A DNA stretch of 62,062 bases, filler included, from Choristocarpus tenellus KU-1152 (lineage: Eukaryota > Protista > Phaeophyceae): the NCBI GenBank assembly GCA_964200185.2. It is 9 parts of 9 records of this genome, joined end to end, with 100 filler letters (N's around TTAATTAATTAA, not from the genome) between each part and the next. Parts side by side here need not be neighbours in the genome. Positions count along the whole stretch, not along the records: positions 1 to 4,057 come from CAXNAD020016437.1; positions 4,158 to 10,175 come from CAXNAD020009158.1; positions 10,276 to 22,623 come from CAXNAD020001867.1; 6 more parts are not named here. One strand, written 5' to 3'. Made by a program: the position numbers and the translations under genes. Positions 1-13,800 of the stretch are shown here, in pieces. Positions within the stretch are counted from its first letter, which is position 1. Each line of letters begins with the position of its first letter. Below the pieces are notes generated by a model, which made no database searches, had not been told where the DNA came from, and was given only the letters and a program-made list of their open reading frames with translations.

Positions 1-49
1 GAAAATAGATAAATACAGATCGGCGTATCTGACAGGGTGGGGGGGGGGA

Positions 50-569
50 GGGCAGATCTTAACAAACGATATCTCAGACATGACTGAGATATTCGTCCAA
101 AGAGGTCGATCATATAATGTCTACATTTATATGCGCAAAATTAATAGCTTCTTCTACTTGGTGACAATAGCAATAATTGTTAAACAAATTAATAATATGG
201 GAAAATAATACTTCTCAGTCAGTCAGTCATCCATAATGACACTGAAACGCCGCCCCCCAAAAAACTACATCGAAGTGGTATTATTTTCTACCACCTCCAC
301 CGTCAACAGTCAAACGACTCCACCAACCGCACTAATTATCCAAGGAAGCCAACGCAGGGCATATATGTACACGACAACCAAACGAAATCATTGCCGCCCC
401 CCATACACTGTCCTACTACCACCTTCGTGATGGATTCCCATTCGTAGCGGGGCCCTTAAAAAGTGCTGCAACATTTACAAAAAAAAACACAGGGCACTTT
501 CCGCACAGCATTTTGGGTCAAACTCATCCTCCATAGTATGCTCCATCCTCAATTTTGGTGATCGGCTGT
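50..569 (+). mobile_element. Dispersed repeat family H, copy 1 (one terminus; putative PIF/Harbinger-like non-autonomous element)
   Basis: Aligns by eye with 47947-48486 over about 520 nt and with about 41960-42089 over about 130 nt. Similarity stops at ...GGCTGT, followed by TTA (570-572). Confidence 0.7.
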
Positions 570-3500
570 TTAGAGTTGAAATAATTCATAATCATTTAAC
601 CTCAGAATTCAGAACCCAAGAAAAGCAAACGCATACACCCATCTTCTCCGTCCTTCTCATGCCTAGATTTATAATCTCCAGTACCTTCATTTCCAAGTAG
701 GCCTCAAAAAACATAAATTTGTTAACACAAGTTACTTACCATTTTAATTTCAGTTGAGACACTCTGTGTGACGATTAGATTAATTTCCCTTTGAAGCTTT
801 ACCCCCCATCTCCCTCACCTACGACTTGTGAAAGCAGACAGTGCACAAGAAAGATATCAACCACACTGTCAATCTGCCTGCTGTAAAAACCCTCTCACCA
901 ACTACCCCTTTTCCAGAACGGCATTCCCAGATTCCCACCCCTCCACATGTTCTCTGTGTCCTCAAGATCTGTTATCACTACAGCACGACAGATGATCAGC
1001 ATTTGTACCCCTTCTGTCCTCTCATACTTCAGATCGTGTGCTAAACCCCAGTCCGTTTATTCTGTACCAACATAAATATTACGCTCAAGCCAGTAAAAGT
1101 AAATGGAGCCGCTTTGTGGTTTGCTGACTAAACGCGGAAAATTCAAAACTTTCACCAATAATAACTTGGGTAAATCAGCCACATTGTGTAATGGTACTAT
1201 ATATATGTTTATTACTGACGGAAAAAGATACACTCCAAATACCGTCAAGGGCATCATCCATAGTCCCATTGTACTGCTGACCTGCTCTTATTTTACCGCT
1301 GGTGGCTGATCTGACTGTAGAAGCCCTCACAATATGATCAAAAACAGCATAATCTACATAGCTGCCACTAGCAAAACGAAATTCCCCAGTGCCAAAATGT
1401 GGAACAGGGGCCCAACGATTACTTGACCGCTTGTCCACCTCCTCTGCAGAAATTTTTAGAATGAACATTCAGGGGACCTCCAGTTCTTGAAGGACCTGGT
1501 GCAGCATTACACAAGCATAAAATAAGAACAAATATTTTGGATTTCCTTGCTGCCTGACGGGCAGCTTGGTCCTCCGATCAAGATGACCTGGAGGGCTGGG
1601 GGTTGTTCTGAGAGGGGAAGCAAGGAGGCAAATCAAACTAGGCAATCACTAAACACCCTCAACTCAAAAAGGTTCCAAACAGAGGGTCTCTCATGCTATC
1701 ATACCTAAAAAGGTTGAAGGGCGTGGAGCACAACATCAAACAGGTCCCATCTCCTCCCCCCAACCCCAAATAAAGAAAGATGTGGAATTCAAGAATGCCT
1801 ACAACAAAAGCTGGACAGAAGACAACAGTTGCTGGGGGTTCTGTTGCATGACCAAAGCCAACGCCTTTATTTTGGTACTCCCTATTTCCTCCTGGATGTG
1901 ATGGTGGCACATGCAAATCTGGAGATGTTGCTGGGTGGGTGTCTATTATACTCTGAATGGATAAGAGTAATAGGATTGTGTGTATGTATGTGCGTGTACC
2001 AATGTGCCACGCAGTGATGTCTAAAACCATCAAATGCTATGGAGGTGTCCTCTTTGGAAAAGTGAAAACATTCCCCTTGTTGCCTGCCCACCAACAACAC
2101 CTCCCCCCCCCTCCTCAACACCACTTCAGTCACAGGAAAAATACAGCCAAAACAGGCAAAAGGAGACGAGCTTCACCATCATGTACCCCTTGAAACACTC
2201 CTTAGCTGTACATGATCTTGAGGAACTGAACATTCAGCACATTCCGCAAAACAAGAAATACGCGTAGGTGAAGATAACACACACACACACACACACATAG
2301 AGCGCAACAAGGTCCACCAAAATAAACAAGGTGAGGAACAAGAGGACAAGTCGTTAGTAACTGTACAGATAGAGAGAGAGGGAGTACAAGCAATATGGAG
2401 ACGAGTTACAAGAGACAGCACAGCAAGACGTGTGACATTGATTCGGTGCAATGGTGCCAAAACAGTGTATCATCCCAACAACACACGCCATACATATTTC
2501 CCTTTTGAACTATTACAACAAAGTTCAAAAACACCTGAAGAATTGTTTCTACACGGCAATCCGTTCAAATCCTGTAAGGGACTCGGGGGAAATGATCCAC
2601 CTCAAAAGGCATGACCCGACACTATATATCGGCAACACAGTATGACCACTGTTGCGAGAAGACCCTGACTGGAACATTTCAGGTATACCTTTTTGGAGTC
2701 AACAAATTACTTTGCACTGTACTCCCATCACATAAAACCGCCTTCCTTTACTTGGTGGAAATGGTGATAAAAAAAAGATTAGCGATTCATGAAAAAAAAA
2801 AAATCTGAATGAAAAGAAACAAACACAATGTGAGGGTATCACAAACCACAAACTCGTCAACCAAAGCTTCATTCCTCCTTCCCACCCACTCTTACGCTCA
2901 CCCCATAGGTGCAACACTATTTCAAAAGACAAAAAAATCAAGCAGCCTTGTGAGAACAACTAAAACACTAACACTCGGGGGGGTTAAAAAAATTTGTCAT
3001 GAAAACTTCCCACTGAAAAAAACAACACGCAAAACATCAAGAGTCAAATTCAAGATCCAATAAATGCACCCAGCGTTAAAAAAACTTATACTGAAAAAGA
3101 AGGAAGAGCAGGGGCAAGGTTTACCTCACCCTCTCACCTGAACACGTCTCAGCTTTTCACACCTCACGGACAAAAAAATCACATCCACCCCCCTCCCATT
3201 CAAAGAATACATCACACATCTGCAGCTCACTAGCCCACACAATGGGACATCGAGGGCTACAATACAAGGGGCTCAACTCAAGTATGATCACTGATGGGCC
3301 GACAACATGTATACGTTAGCTTGACAACCAAATACATTTGATACATTGAGAAGCTACTCTCACAAGGTGAAAGGAACGAATGAGGCGAGGTGGAAGTAAT
3401 CAAGTCACCGCCGGAAAAACAGGCTGGATGTAACCTAAAAAATGGCTAACAATTTGTCAATAGCAGCAGGCAGCACCATTGTATAGCCGAACAAAGGTAC

Positions 3501-4057
3501 TGTTGTACCCTATTCCTGTGTTACCTGCCAAACAAAGGATTGAACGACATACACAAAAAGGAGCATACATGCATCCTCCAAATGCACGGGGGGATCTCAA
3601 TCATACACATCAGGTACACATCCAGATATATATATATATTTTTTACATATTTGACAACACTGCCTCCCTAAATGCAATAACTGACACGCCTATCAGCCCG
3701 GCGAAAACCGTCTCGATAATGTTCGTAGTTGTAGACTGGTAGGAAGGGATACAGAGAGGGTCAAAATGTAGCAGTCCAAAACAAGAGAACATTTCCTATA
3801 TGTCCGCCAATACCAATAAAGTACCAATAAAGAGGAGACACACGCAACACCAAAATCAACTACATTCTCATCAAGTGCTCAAAATTAACTCGTCACTATG
3901 TAGAATGTACCTTTGTAGCCTGATATGCTGTAAATTTTACACGTTACAGCCATAGGATATCATCGTATTGCAGACGCCTTCTGAATGCCCCCCTGTAGGA
4001 TCTCGGCGACCGAGAACTCCTCTACCACCCCCAAGTTCCAATCTGTCCCCTTCCGCC

Positions 4058-4157
4058 NNNNNNNNNNNNNNNNNNNNNNNNNNNNNNNNNNNNNNNNNNN
4101 NTTAATTAATTAANNNNNNNNNNNNNNNNNNNNNNNNNNNNNNNNNNNNNNNNNNNN
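4058..4157. other. Artificial contig linker (44N + TTAATTAATTAA + 44N)
   Basis: Same 100-nt spacer with stops in all six frames recurs at 4058-4157, 10176-10275, 22624-22723, 30961-31060, 34909-35008, 41829-41928, 47847-47946 and 54278-54377. Confidence 0.99.
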
Positions 4158-4237
4158 CGGACGGGCCCCCCGTGGGGGGAGCCGGTAACGGTTTTGGTAT
4201 GCTTATATGTATGGTACACTACATATTGTATTATACA

Positions 4238-4309
4238 ATACATACATACATACATACATACATACATACATACATACATACATACATACATACATACATA
4301 CATACATAC
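4238..4309. repeat. (ATAC)n microsatellite
   Basis: About 18 perfect tetranucleotide units. Confidence 0.98.
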
Positions 4310-4315
4310 GTAACA

Positions 4316-5200
4316 CATCCCGGCTACGCCAAATTGTCTCGGTGACTACGCAAGTGAGGCACTATCTAGATGTGTCATGCGTTTTAAGCTAGAGTCACCA
4401 GGGAGATGGGCACGGAGGGGTTTATTGGATTCTTGGGTACCGCATGCGAAGCTAGCTCATCCAGAAAATATTCCGCTTGCTTACTAAGCCGCCCAAAACT
4501 TTCCACCGCGAAGGTGTTGAGGTTATAACTATGAGGATCAAAAGATCGCTCGTAGTGGGTGCGCTTTCACGCCTTAGCTGCAGCAGCAGCTTCACCATTG
4601 CTGGTGGATGTGTTGGACAGGTGGGAGGCTGCTTGCACTTCGGTAGATGTAACATCTAGGAGGAGCCCTTTGTCTCGGTAGGGAGCTGATGCGGCGTCTG
4701 CAAGTGCCCCGGCATGGAAAACCAGATCCATGTGGAAAATCCTATCTACTGTGAATGGGCTACCATACTCCATAGTGCAAGGGATGCCCATTCCTTTGCA
4801 AAATTGACCCAGATGCTTCACCATCGGTGTGTGTTGGCGAACCTGTCCTCCTGCCATAGGGAAGGTACATGTACATCTGGTGTCTACATCTTGCCTCCTG
4901 CAACCAGTCACCAGGCACCTGTTCGATAGGACCTCCTCTCTTCCTAGGGATCTGCTGGCGGTGAGTTTAAACTCGAAGAAGGGGATCTGACAGGCCGACT
5001 CCAGGGGTTGTGTTGAGGCCCATGGATTTGCCCCTTGTCCATATTGGCTCCGGTGGCGTGCCAGGGCTAGCAAGGAACTTTCGTTCCCTTGTTTCACTTC
5101 ATCAGGTAAGGCGACCAATTGGGTCCAGAAAGGGTTGAAGCAGATCCTTGTTTAGGAGGTTGGTGATCTCATGTTGTGTCCTCCTTGTAATCCTGGCATC
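4316..5200 (-). mobile_element. Degenerate non-LTR retrotransposon 3' region with restriction-like endonuclease (CRE/R2-type) domain
   Basis: Minus-strand ORF 4567-5118 has a Cys/His knuckle region (RCLVTGC...QVRQH), ...FHMDLVF... and GLLLDVT...GEAAAAAKA. Past an in-frame TGA it continues KRTHYERSFDPHSYNLNTFAVESFGRLSKQAEYFLDELASH to about 4444, matching the D..LLDVT..K..Y..AVESFG pattern of RLE elements. The extreme 3' piece (RLRQIVSVTTQV, 4316-4442) lies on the + strand. Confidence 0.8.
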
Positions 5201-5429
5201 ATGACCTGCCAGAGTATGGACCTCTGGGGCCAGTGTGGGGGATGTTGTTCCCCCCAAGGTTACCCAGCATTGGCCATTTTTTATTTATCATGCCCACGGA
5301 CATTTTGCAGATGTTTCGGGGGAAAAGCCAATGAAAAGCATATTCAATATCATAAGAACCCCTGAAAAAGTAACAGTTGTTGTAAATGTGAAAGTATTTC
5401 TATAATTTATTTACTATTTTACTACCAGC

Positions 5430-5757
5430 TATTCTACACCACTCCCCTCCTATGCCTCCAACCTAGCTTAGTCCTACTCCACAGGGCGAGGAGCTTGGGA
5501 AGCATCCCAAGAACCTGACAGGTCCCTCCTTGCCCATCTCCTTGGTGTCTCCAGCTTTAAAAGCATGGCACGTTTTGATAGAGCTACTTGTGTTGCGACA
5601 GACACCGTCGTAAACGGGATTTGACAGCTCCTTTCCTGCTGTAGCCTCCCGCTCCTCTCCCCCCTACAGTATGCGTAGCCAACTCACCCAGAAAACCTTC
5701 TGCTTGCTTACTGAGGCGCCCAAAACTTTGCACAACGAAGGTGTTGAGGTTACAGTT
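5430..5757 (-). mobile_element. Second, 5'-truncated copy of the same RLE retrotransposon 3' end
   Basis: 5671-5757 matches 4444-4530 directly (NLNTFVVQSFGRLSKQAEGFLGELATH on the minus strand). About 5500-5575 is the reverse complement of 4372-4442. A third short fragment resembling 5430-5500 lies at about 5955-6062. Confidence 0.75.
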
Positions 5758-7014
5758 TTAAACCATAGGCTGTTTCCTCTCAAGATTTATAGATCCAGTT
5801 CAATACAAAATATTGTATTATTATGCCCTTCTGAGATTTTCCAGATGTGTCAGCGACAGAGCCAAATCAAGATCACAATGACTGCAGTAAAGGTAATGGT
5901 TGTCGAAAATGTAAAATATTCCTCTCCAAAGACTTTAATTTTTTGAATACCACCTATACTACAACACTCCCTTAAAGATGATAACTACAAATGTTAGGTG
6001 TTCACTGCTGCTATGCCTCTGGCCTATCTTAGCCTCACACAGGTGGGTGGAGGAGCTAGGGTTTAGACTAAGTCTGACAGATTTGGTAGATGTTATTCCA
6101 CATTCAAAATCAGTTCGTACGTGACACGGAATAGTTGACCAAGAATTAGAGTTGAGTTTCCTTTACTTTTTATCATAGATCGAACCCTGGCATATCTCGT
6201 TTTTTTTTTTCATTATGAAGTGTTGCCCGCTCTTCCAACTTCCAATTGACTTTGCAAAAATTGTACCTCGACACATAACCGGATGGGATATTTAGAGTTA
6301 ATACATCCAGAAGCCTCTACTCAGACCATGCATCACTATCCTGGACCTTAGCACTGAATAGTGGTGAGATAGTACTCAATTAGCCTCTTCGCAGAGCATG
6401 TCACAAGATGCACCATATTGAATTCCACAAGTGATTCAGTGCACTGGGTCACCTCTTCACTTTACCAAGACTTACGCCTCTACACAGAGCACTTCACGAG
6501 ATTCAAGTAATTCAAGGCTTTAACGTAATCCAGTGCATCCACATGAGTGAAGAAGAGAATCCAGAGGTGCAATGCACTTAACATTTTAAAAAAGTTGAGT
6601 CATATCACGTCCATCGAAGCCGAAAAGTATTACTAATATCACATTTCACATTAAAGGAAATATATCGACCTAAAAAGAGAAACACAATGAGGAAGCAGCG
6701 TTCAGTAGATAGTGATGATGGTGGTATTGGTTGCTTGGGGCACACCTTTGCTGTTGCTTTAGCATGGTGTAATCAGCTCTCCCGACTTCGTTGGAATGCC
6801 AATTAACCATGAAGAAGTCCATTATGCGACCAACCACATAACCATACCACCTCTGTTGGTAGGTTGCCCTTGTGCTCCGTCCCCCAACTGTGCTTCCCAA
6901 ACTTCTCGATTGAGGTCGTGTCTTAGGCACATCCACCAGTACTTATCTTCTTTATCCACCTTGATTCTGTTTTCCATCTGTAAGTTCCCCAAACGCCAAC
7001 CCCTTGGGAAGCCA

Positions 7015-7273
7015 GAATGAAAGTATCTCAGAGGGTACGAGTTTTGCCCTGTTTGTCCATTTGGGACTTGACTTCCCATGGGTTGTTTTATGACATTTTC
7101 CTACCCCAAAATGTTTAGGGGTAGGTAAAGTGTATACGTTATGAAAAGGTGTGTCCGGAACATGGATGTTGACACTTCCTAACAAGTACGATAGCCAAAA
7201 TTACATCAAAATCGAAAAGTTGGATTTTGGCCCCCACAAAGACGCGGCTCTACCCTCTAAGATACTCTGGCTT
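7015..7273. mobile_element. MITE copy 1 (259 bp, about 23-bp TIRs, 4-bp TSD GCCA; Sola2-like)
   Basis: Left end GAATGAAAGTATCTCAGAGGGTA and right end TACCCTCTAAGATACTCTGGCTT are imperfect inverted repeats. GCCA flanks both sides (7011-7014, 7274-7277). Colinear with 8290-8547. Confidence 0.88.
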
Positions 7274-8289
7274 GCCACTCATCCCCCATGTGTGCAATTG
7301 GCCTTGCGAATAGGAGGAGTCTCCGTTTTCGCTCAGCAGTCATCTCAACAATCTTAGACCTAGTCTTCACAAGGGTATCTTGGTTAGACAATGTGCGATC
7401 GGTGTGTTCCTGTTTGTGAAATCCAATGCAACAAGAAAGGAATTTGTGCTGATGGGAGTGAAGCTTCATCTAGTGGACCTGGCGGAGTGTTCATGTCATG
7501 CAACCACGTACATATCAATATCAACAGAACCTCAAGTACTTTCAGCCTTCATCATTCAGATATTAAAACATCAAGTGATACTCATGAGATCTTGTTGTCG
7601 AGGACTTGACTTATATTTGCAGGAACAACTCCAGGCTTTCTGGATCGTTCGGCTAATCTCGGTATGGCTGGTCCAGCCAAAGATTATACCCTGATCAGCG
7701 CGCAGGCCGGCTCACTGCCCTGTTACAACACAGGTATATTTTTGAATGCGTATATTTCCGCATCTATTCCCAAGTATTTGGGACAAATTGGGGGTGTGCC
7801 ATCTTTTGAACTTTGACTGGGTCAATCGGGGTAGCATGCCATTTTACCTACAACCACCAGAGTTTGAACCATACCATACCACAGACCTATCCCTGTAAAA
7901 CATGTTTTAATGGACGTAGTGTGCCAGACTCGGGTCTGGTTGGATGGGTCGGTTTAACTCTGTTCCTTGAAGAACCTAAAAGGCTGATTTGAAAGAAGCC
8001 TTAAGATCCATTCCAAAACGCCAGTAATTTCTTCCAATTTGTTTTCCAAATTTGACAGTTCTTGAAAAGATCCAAATCAATTGGGAGGTAGGCAAGTTTG
8101 GATCCCTTTGCATTTTGTGCCACCCTTCTTACCCCATTTAATACACTCTCTTTCATTTGCTTTATGCGAACAATAGCATACGCAAAATTGATATTTCCCC
8201 TTTCTGCATGGAATACGACACCACAATTAATTAAGCAAGGTCTTTATGCACTTGTAGAAAATGACGTCTTTTACCCTTTCTCGGCATCC

Positions 8290-8547
8290 GAGTGAAAGTG
8301 TCTTAGAGGGTACGAGCTTTCCCCTGTTTGTCCGTTTGGTACTTGGCCTCCCACGGGTTTTTTATGACATTTTATCCACTCCAAATGTTTTGAAGTAGGC
8401 AAAATGCATACGTTTTGAAAATGTGTGTTCGCAACAAGGATATTGACATCTCCTAACAAACACGGTAGGCAAAATTACATCGAAAATGTAACATTGAAAT
8501 TTAGCCCCCAAATGGACGCGGCTATACCCTCTAAGATACTTTGACTC
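8290..8547. mobile_element. MITE copy 2 (258 bp, about 23-bp TIRs, 4-bp TSD ATCC; Sola2-like)
   Basis: GAGTGAAAGTGTCTTAGAGGGTA ... TACCCTCTAAGATACTTTGACTC, with ATCC at 8286-8289 and 8548-8551. Termini are GAG...CTC. Confidence 0.9.
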
Positions 8548-10147
8548 ATCCTTGAAATGGAACCCTGCCTACCTCTCCATTGGTTTAGCTCAAAACATAA
8601 TTTTTATTTTCAATCTGAGATGAAGGAATTTAGGGAAAATAATGAATGGGATGAATACGGAATACCTTTGAACTTAAGGACTGTTCTAAACGACAGAAGT
8701 ATGTCATATATATTAGTCCTAATTTGGAAGTATTTCTAAAACTTTCCAACCATATTTTTTTGTTGCCTTCCTACATGTGAAACATTTCCAATTTTGCAGG
8801 TTGAAGAACACACGTTCCAAATCAAATACGTGGTTCAGGGAAAGGTATAGGTTACATCACGATATCACAACCACCAAAACCTAAATATTTTTCACCAAAA
8901 GAGTAACTGGTGACAGATTTTTACACTCAGTGACCTTCCCCAGTACCAGGGTGTGTATGCACCTTGGAGTGGGAGTTGGAGGTAGAATTCCTGTGGTGTG
9001 TCGATCAAAATCACGGAGTGCATAGCCATTCATTATGCACACTCCCAGGGTTAGGAAGTGTCCAAAGATGATGTGTTTTAGTGCCTGTTTAAGGGGCATT
9101 GGCTGTCGAGAATTGGGCATGAAATTTGATGATGCAATTCTTGTGTTAAATATGATGTTTTTGGGTTAACAGTAGCCATTTGTTGAGAGAGTGAATTACA
9201 GTATCCAGCGAACCACCACGGACTTTTTGTGCATGTATTTGGGTACAAACGATTGTCTCAATAGTACATGTTACACAGCCTTTGGATTGGATTTCCTTGT
9301 CTATTTTGACTGTGAGACTGCCATTTTTGGAAGGGCATGATCACAGAGTGTAGTGCAGACAGAGAAAAAGCATTTCAAGGCAAACCAGTGTGTTTGTGTG
9401 TGTTTGGGAGAGGGGGGGGGGGGGTTCACAAGACGCCCTATGGGATGTATTGCAGTAGGTGTTAAGGGGGCGTGGACTGAGGAAGCTTTGAGAGGGGTTC
9501 CTGAGCATCTCAGAGCGGGCACCTTTGGAGTTGCCATGGCAATGCTAGAACTCGCTATTATTATTAGAATGTATTCCCAGTGCTGGTTGGTGATGTCAAC
9601 CCCTGTGATGCAATTGACATCTCTCTGGTCGACTCTGAATGAACTATTTCTAACTTCTTAGTGCTCCAAGTCTAGCAGTACACAGCTAGGGTGTATCATA
9701 ATCCATTTGCTTGTTTTTTTGTAACACAAAGGTCGAGGAGATGTAGCAACTCCTGAATACCGATGAGAGGTCTTGGTTATAGGCGGTAACAATATACACT
9801 CATATTTGTGGTACTTACATAATATGGCAATTGATTTCTGTTTTATTCTTCCTCCTGACCTGTAAAACCTTCTGTGTGCAAACTGTATGAGAGCGTAATA
9901 CAACCACTACTTACCATTTTCTACTATAAATAAGTAGTAGCATTTTTGGACAACGTGTAAATAATGTACGACAAGAGAAGAAGCATACACCAATGATATG
10001 ACGGGAATATTAGACTCGCACTATGAAGGTGGTCGAGCAGAGAGACATTCATCTGGATCATAGTTGACATTTTTCATCAGATAAATGCGTTCCGTCAACC
10101 CAGCACTAAAATATTTACAACCCGAACACTTTAATCCTAGTTTCCCT

Positions 10148-10175
10148 GGCTCAAAGTATTTGGGGGGGGGCGGGG
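10148..10175 (+). mobile_element. Terminus of poly-G TIR family (GGSTSAAAGTATYT-Gn)
   Basis: GGCTCAAAGTATTTGGGGGGGGG at a contig end. Same motif at 22724-22758 (minus), 47748-47790, 54142 and 54174. Confidence 0.7.
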
Positions 10176-10833
10176 NNNNNNNNNNNNNNNNNNNNNNNNN
10201 NNNNNNNNNNNNNNNNNNNTTAATTAATTAANNNNNNNNNNNNNNNNNNNNNNNNNNNNNNNNNNNNNNNNNNNNACACCCCTTCTTACGACATCAGAGT
10301 AGTACAGGCCAAACTTCTCCAAGAGAAAAAAAAAAAGGCCTTGTAACCAAAGAGAGAGAAAACCCCCCAAACACAAACACCCAAAAAAAGGCCAAATCTG
10401 GCAGAAAAAAACCCAGAACACACACACAGCACCACAAAGAAAAAGCACAACAAACCCAAGGAGAGGAAGATACCCAAAGGGAGAGAGAGTGTGTAGAGGA
10501 AGCAATGTGCAGAAGAAACAGCAAAGTTCACTAGGACATATCCGTGGTCGTTGTGTCACTATTCTCACCCAACCTTCCTGCATTTGCCCTGACTCCTCTA
10601 TCGAAGTGTTGCCCCTTAAGATGCCTCACCATGACCACACTAGACCACTAGCGTAGCATAGAAAGAGGTGGGGGACGGTGGGGACAGCAGCAGGGTGCAT
10701 CGAATGCACCAGCAAGAAAGTGTAGCAAGCACTTACAATACTCTTTTTGCAGCTTTATAACGAACTAAACGGTGATATCACTGCCAAAAATATAAAAGAG
10801 ATCATCAGGAGATGGTGCACCCACAGCCCCCAC

Positions 10834-13800
10834 CCTTGGACCTCTCGTCAACCAGATCCCCCTCCAGCTTCTTAATTCGCTCCTCTAGGTGTCGCTCCGT
10901 GATCTGCTCAAAATGACATATATCAAAATGACATGCATCGGAACAACCCACAGCAGGCAGAACCAAAACAAATATATGAAGGAACGTGAAGGAAATTGGA
11001 GTTACGTAGGGGACCTAGATGCAATGCTTGAACCTCTGTGAAACAGGTACAGTCAAATCAATCAGATGTAATACTTTCTAAGCAAACAGATGTTAACGTC
11101 GATACTGAAAACCCACTAGACCAAGGTGATGGTTGCCCTCGACTCAGGGAGCGCAGTAGAATCATATTCTCCACTCTAGAAACACTCTAGAAACACTCTA
11201 GAAACCCCACGCTTCGAACCCTGATATATACGCACACCCAAAGGGACTGTTACCTCCATTTGCTTGCGAATGTCAGCCACCTCCTTCTCCTTCCTCTCCA
11301 GAAACCCTCCACTGAAGGACAAGATGTAAGAACAAGGAATGGTATAGTGGCATTTTATACCAGTATAACGGCATACTGATTACGCAACTCTGCGCCATAT
11401 GGTCAAACGTGTCAGAGAGGCGAGACTAACCCTGCCAAGACAGTGGCATAGTCAACTGTCAAAAAAGATCAGCAGTTCGTGTGTGTAACAGTCAATATTT
11501 GACTTCTTTATTGCAATCATAGTCCACCTGAGGACCTATCTAGAGAAGTACGGATACTTCAAGCTATGATTTAGGTTGACTATCTATCAAGTACCAGCTG
11601 CAGTAATTGATACCACGTCCACTACAAAGGTTAAGGGCAATCAACTTCAACTTCTAGGGTACAAATCACCAACACAACAACAGAGCAGGGTCTTCAAAAG
11701 ATACATACCACTGCCATACAATAAAGTGCCCTCATTCCTCTCTCAATCATTGCATATAAAAAAAGAACTGATGACACTGTATTTCCACTGTATTTCCGAG
11801 TGATTCTGGAGTACACAATGTCTTATAGTACATGGAGAAGATAAAAAAGAACATGGTGTGTGAATTTGAGATACTAAGAACATCCATAACCAAGAGGTAT
11901 CACATATACAGCAATGTTATCAACATCGAAGTGTACGTTAAGACTATTTAACTAATGGGCAGCTTAACTCTACTGTTACCATGATGTGTTAGTTTCACTA
12001 TTCAGCTATTAAAAAGAAACAAAAGACCCTGGCAAGCACCAAATAATCTTACGACCCTTTTCCCCAACACACCGTTCCTCCAGTTGTTGTGTTAGATCTG
12101 TTACTGCGGATGATACATGACTCATCTCCTGGGCAAGGCCCTTTTTCTCCTGTGCAGCAAACAAAAAAAAAGATTCAGAAAAAAAACAAAGATCAGCGAA
12201 CCAACAGTCAGTGGAACGACCAACAAAATCAGTTGACAAAAACAGCCAATCAAAAGTACAGAGAACAATAAGGACCTATCAGAATCAAACTAAACAAAAT
12301 GCTAACAATATCAAACCCCTCTATTGCTGTGTGCAATGAAGTACTTCATGTACTGAGTATCGTATGCAAGCCCTCACCTTCTCAAGGTTCTCCTGCATCT
12401 CATCATATCGCTGTTGTATCAGCTCCAACTCATCCTCCTTGGTGTGGAGGGTTTTCCTAGAGAGATATGAAGTCATACGGACCATCACAGCAACAAACAA
12501 AAGCACATGTAGAGGTCACAGAACAGAAAGGTTACCGATGTATCGCTGGCCTCAGCCATTACAGGTGTGCTTGTGACCTAACACTACTATGACATGATCA
12601 GAGCACTCAAGAGAGGGCAGGACTAGAGGAGAAGCCGCTATGAGCAACATCCTGCACAGGCTCCACAGAACAAGAACTAAATCACTTCAACAGGGTCAAT
12701 CCATTCATGACAATCACCGACATATCAAATGACATGACACCAACCCCCTTGCCCTTCACACACAACAATAATACAAACAAAAGTTCCCAACTCATACTGG
12801 CAATCTTTCCCCTTTACTCCCCAAAGGAAGCAACAGATAAGGAAATACATCACATCACATCACATGAGACTTGAATTGAAAGCAGCAACGGAATACTCCT
12901 TTGGTCAACACCTTTTAGACTGCCCTTTGCGACTGTATACTGGTGCTCTCCTCTACAAAGGTATCAAAAAATGTCAGGTACTGGACCTGTACCATCAACA
13001 CACTTTCATACTATGTATCATTTACACAGCAGCACAGCCAACCTCAACCATATATAACATGGAGATTTGTGCATCCAGACCCAGATACCACATTTCTGAA
13101 GAAGGGGAGTGGACAGCACAAATTAAATGGATACAAAGCTCCCACCATCCTCTCCTCCCTGCCTCCCCCTTCCCCCAAACACTTACATTATTTCTTATCG
13201 TCTGTTTACCTACCAAGGTGACTAAAAATAAATGACCAAAACACCCACCGATACAAACACAATCTAAAACACAAACCCACAAGAAGGAAAATGTATTAAC
13301 CTACACCGTGTTGTGAGACAAAGGACCTCCATCTCCAACACAACAGCACATATTTCAAAACAAAACACACCAAGCAATTACCTAAAAAACCAAGGCACAA
13401 CACAACCACATCCGCTCAGGACACTTCCCATCAACACAATAAAAAAAAGACAAGTCACTTCCACCAGTTTGCAACATCGTGGATTAAAAAAAAAAGGTCA
13501 CATTTTTTTTTCCATGTTCAAGTTTGGTCAAAATGTTGCAGACAAGCACAGCTCCAAAAACAAAAATAACATCACACAAACGCCCACCTACACTGCAAAA
13601 CCTCACCTGAGGTTCTCCATCTCTGCTGCAGTGGCCTTACTTGTACCAGGAGTCTTCTGATGCATGCCCCCCTGCCCATTCAACACGGTAGCGGTAAGTG
13701 GTCCACGTTCGTTAACGGCGAGGTTGTGGTGACGATCAATCATACTGGCAGCCGCACTGTCAATGGAGTCCTCACTGGCCATTCTGTTCACCTGACGCAT

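Noticed and set aside
1175-1610. Possible minus-strand exons (MORN-like HFGTGEFRFASG; candidate acceptor near 1608)
   Set aside because: Could not assemble a phase-consistent gene model or a recognisable domain.
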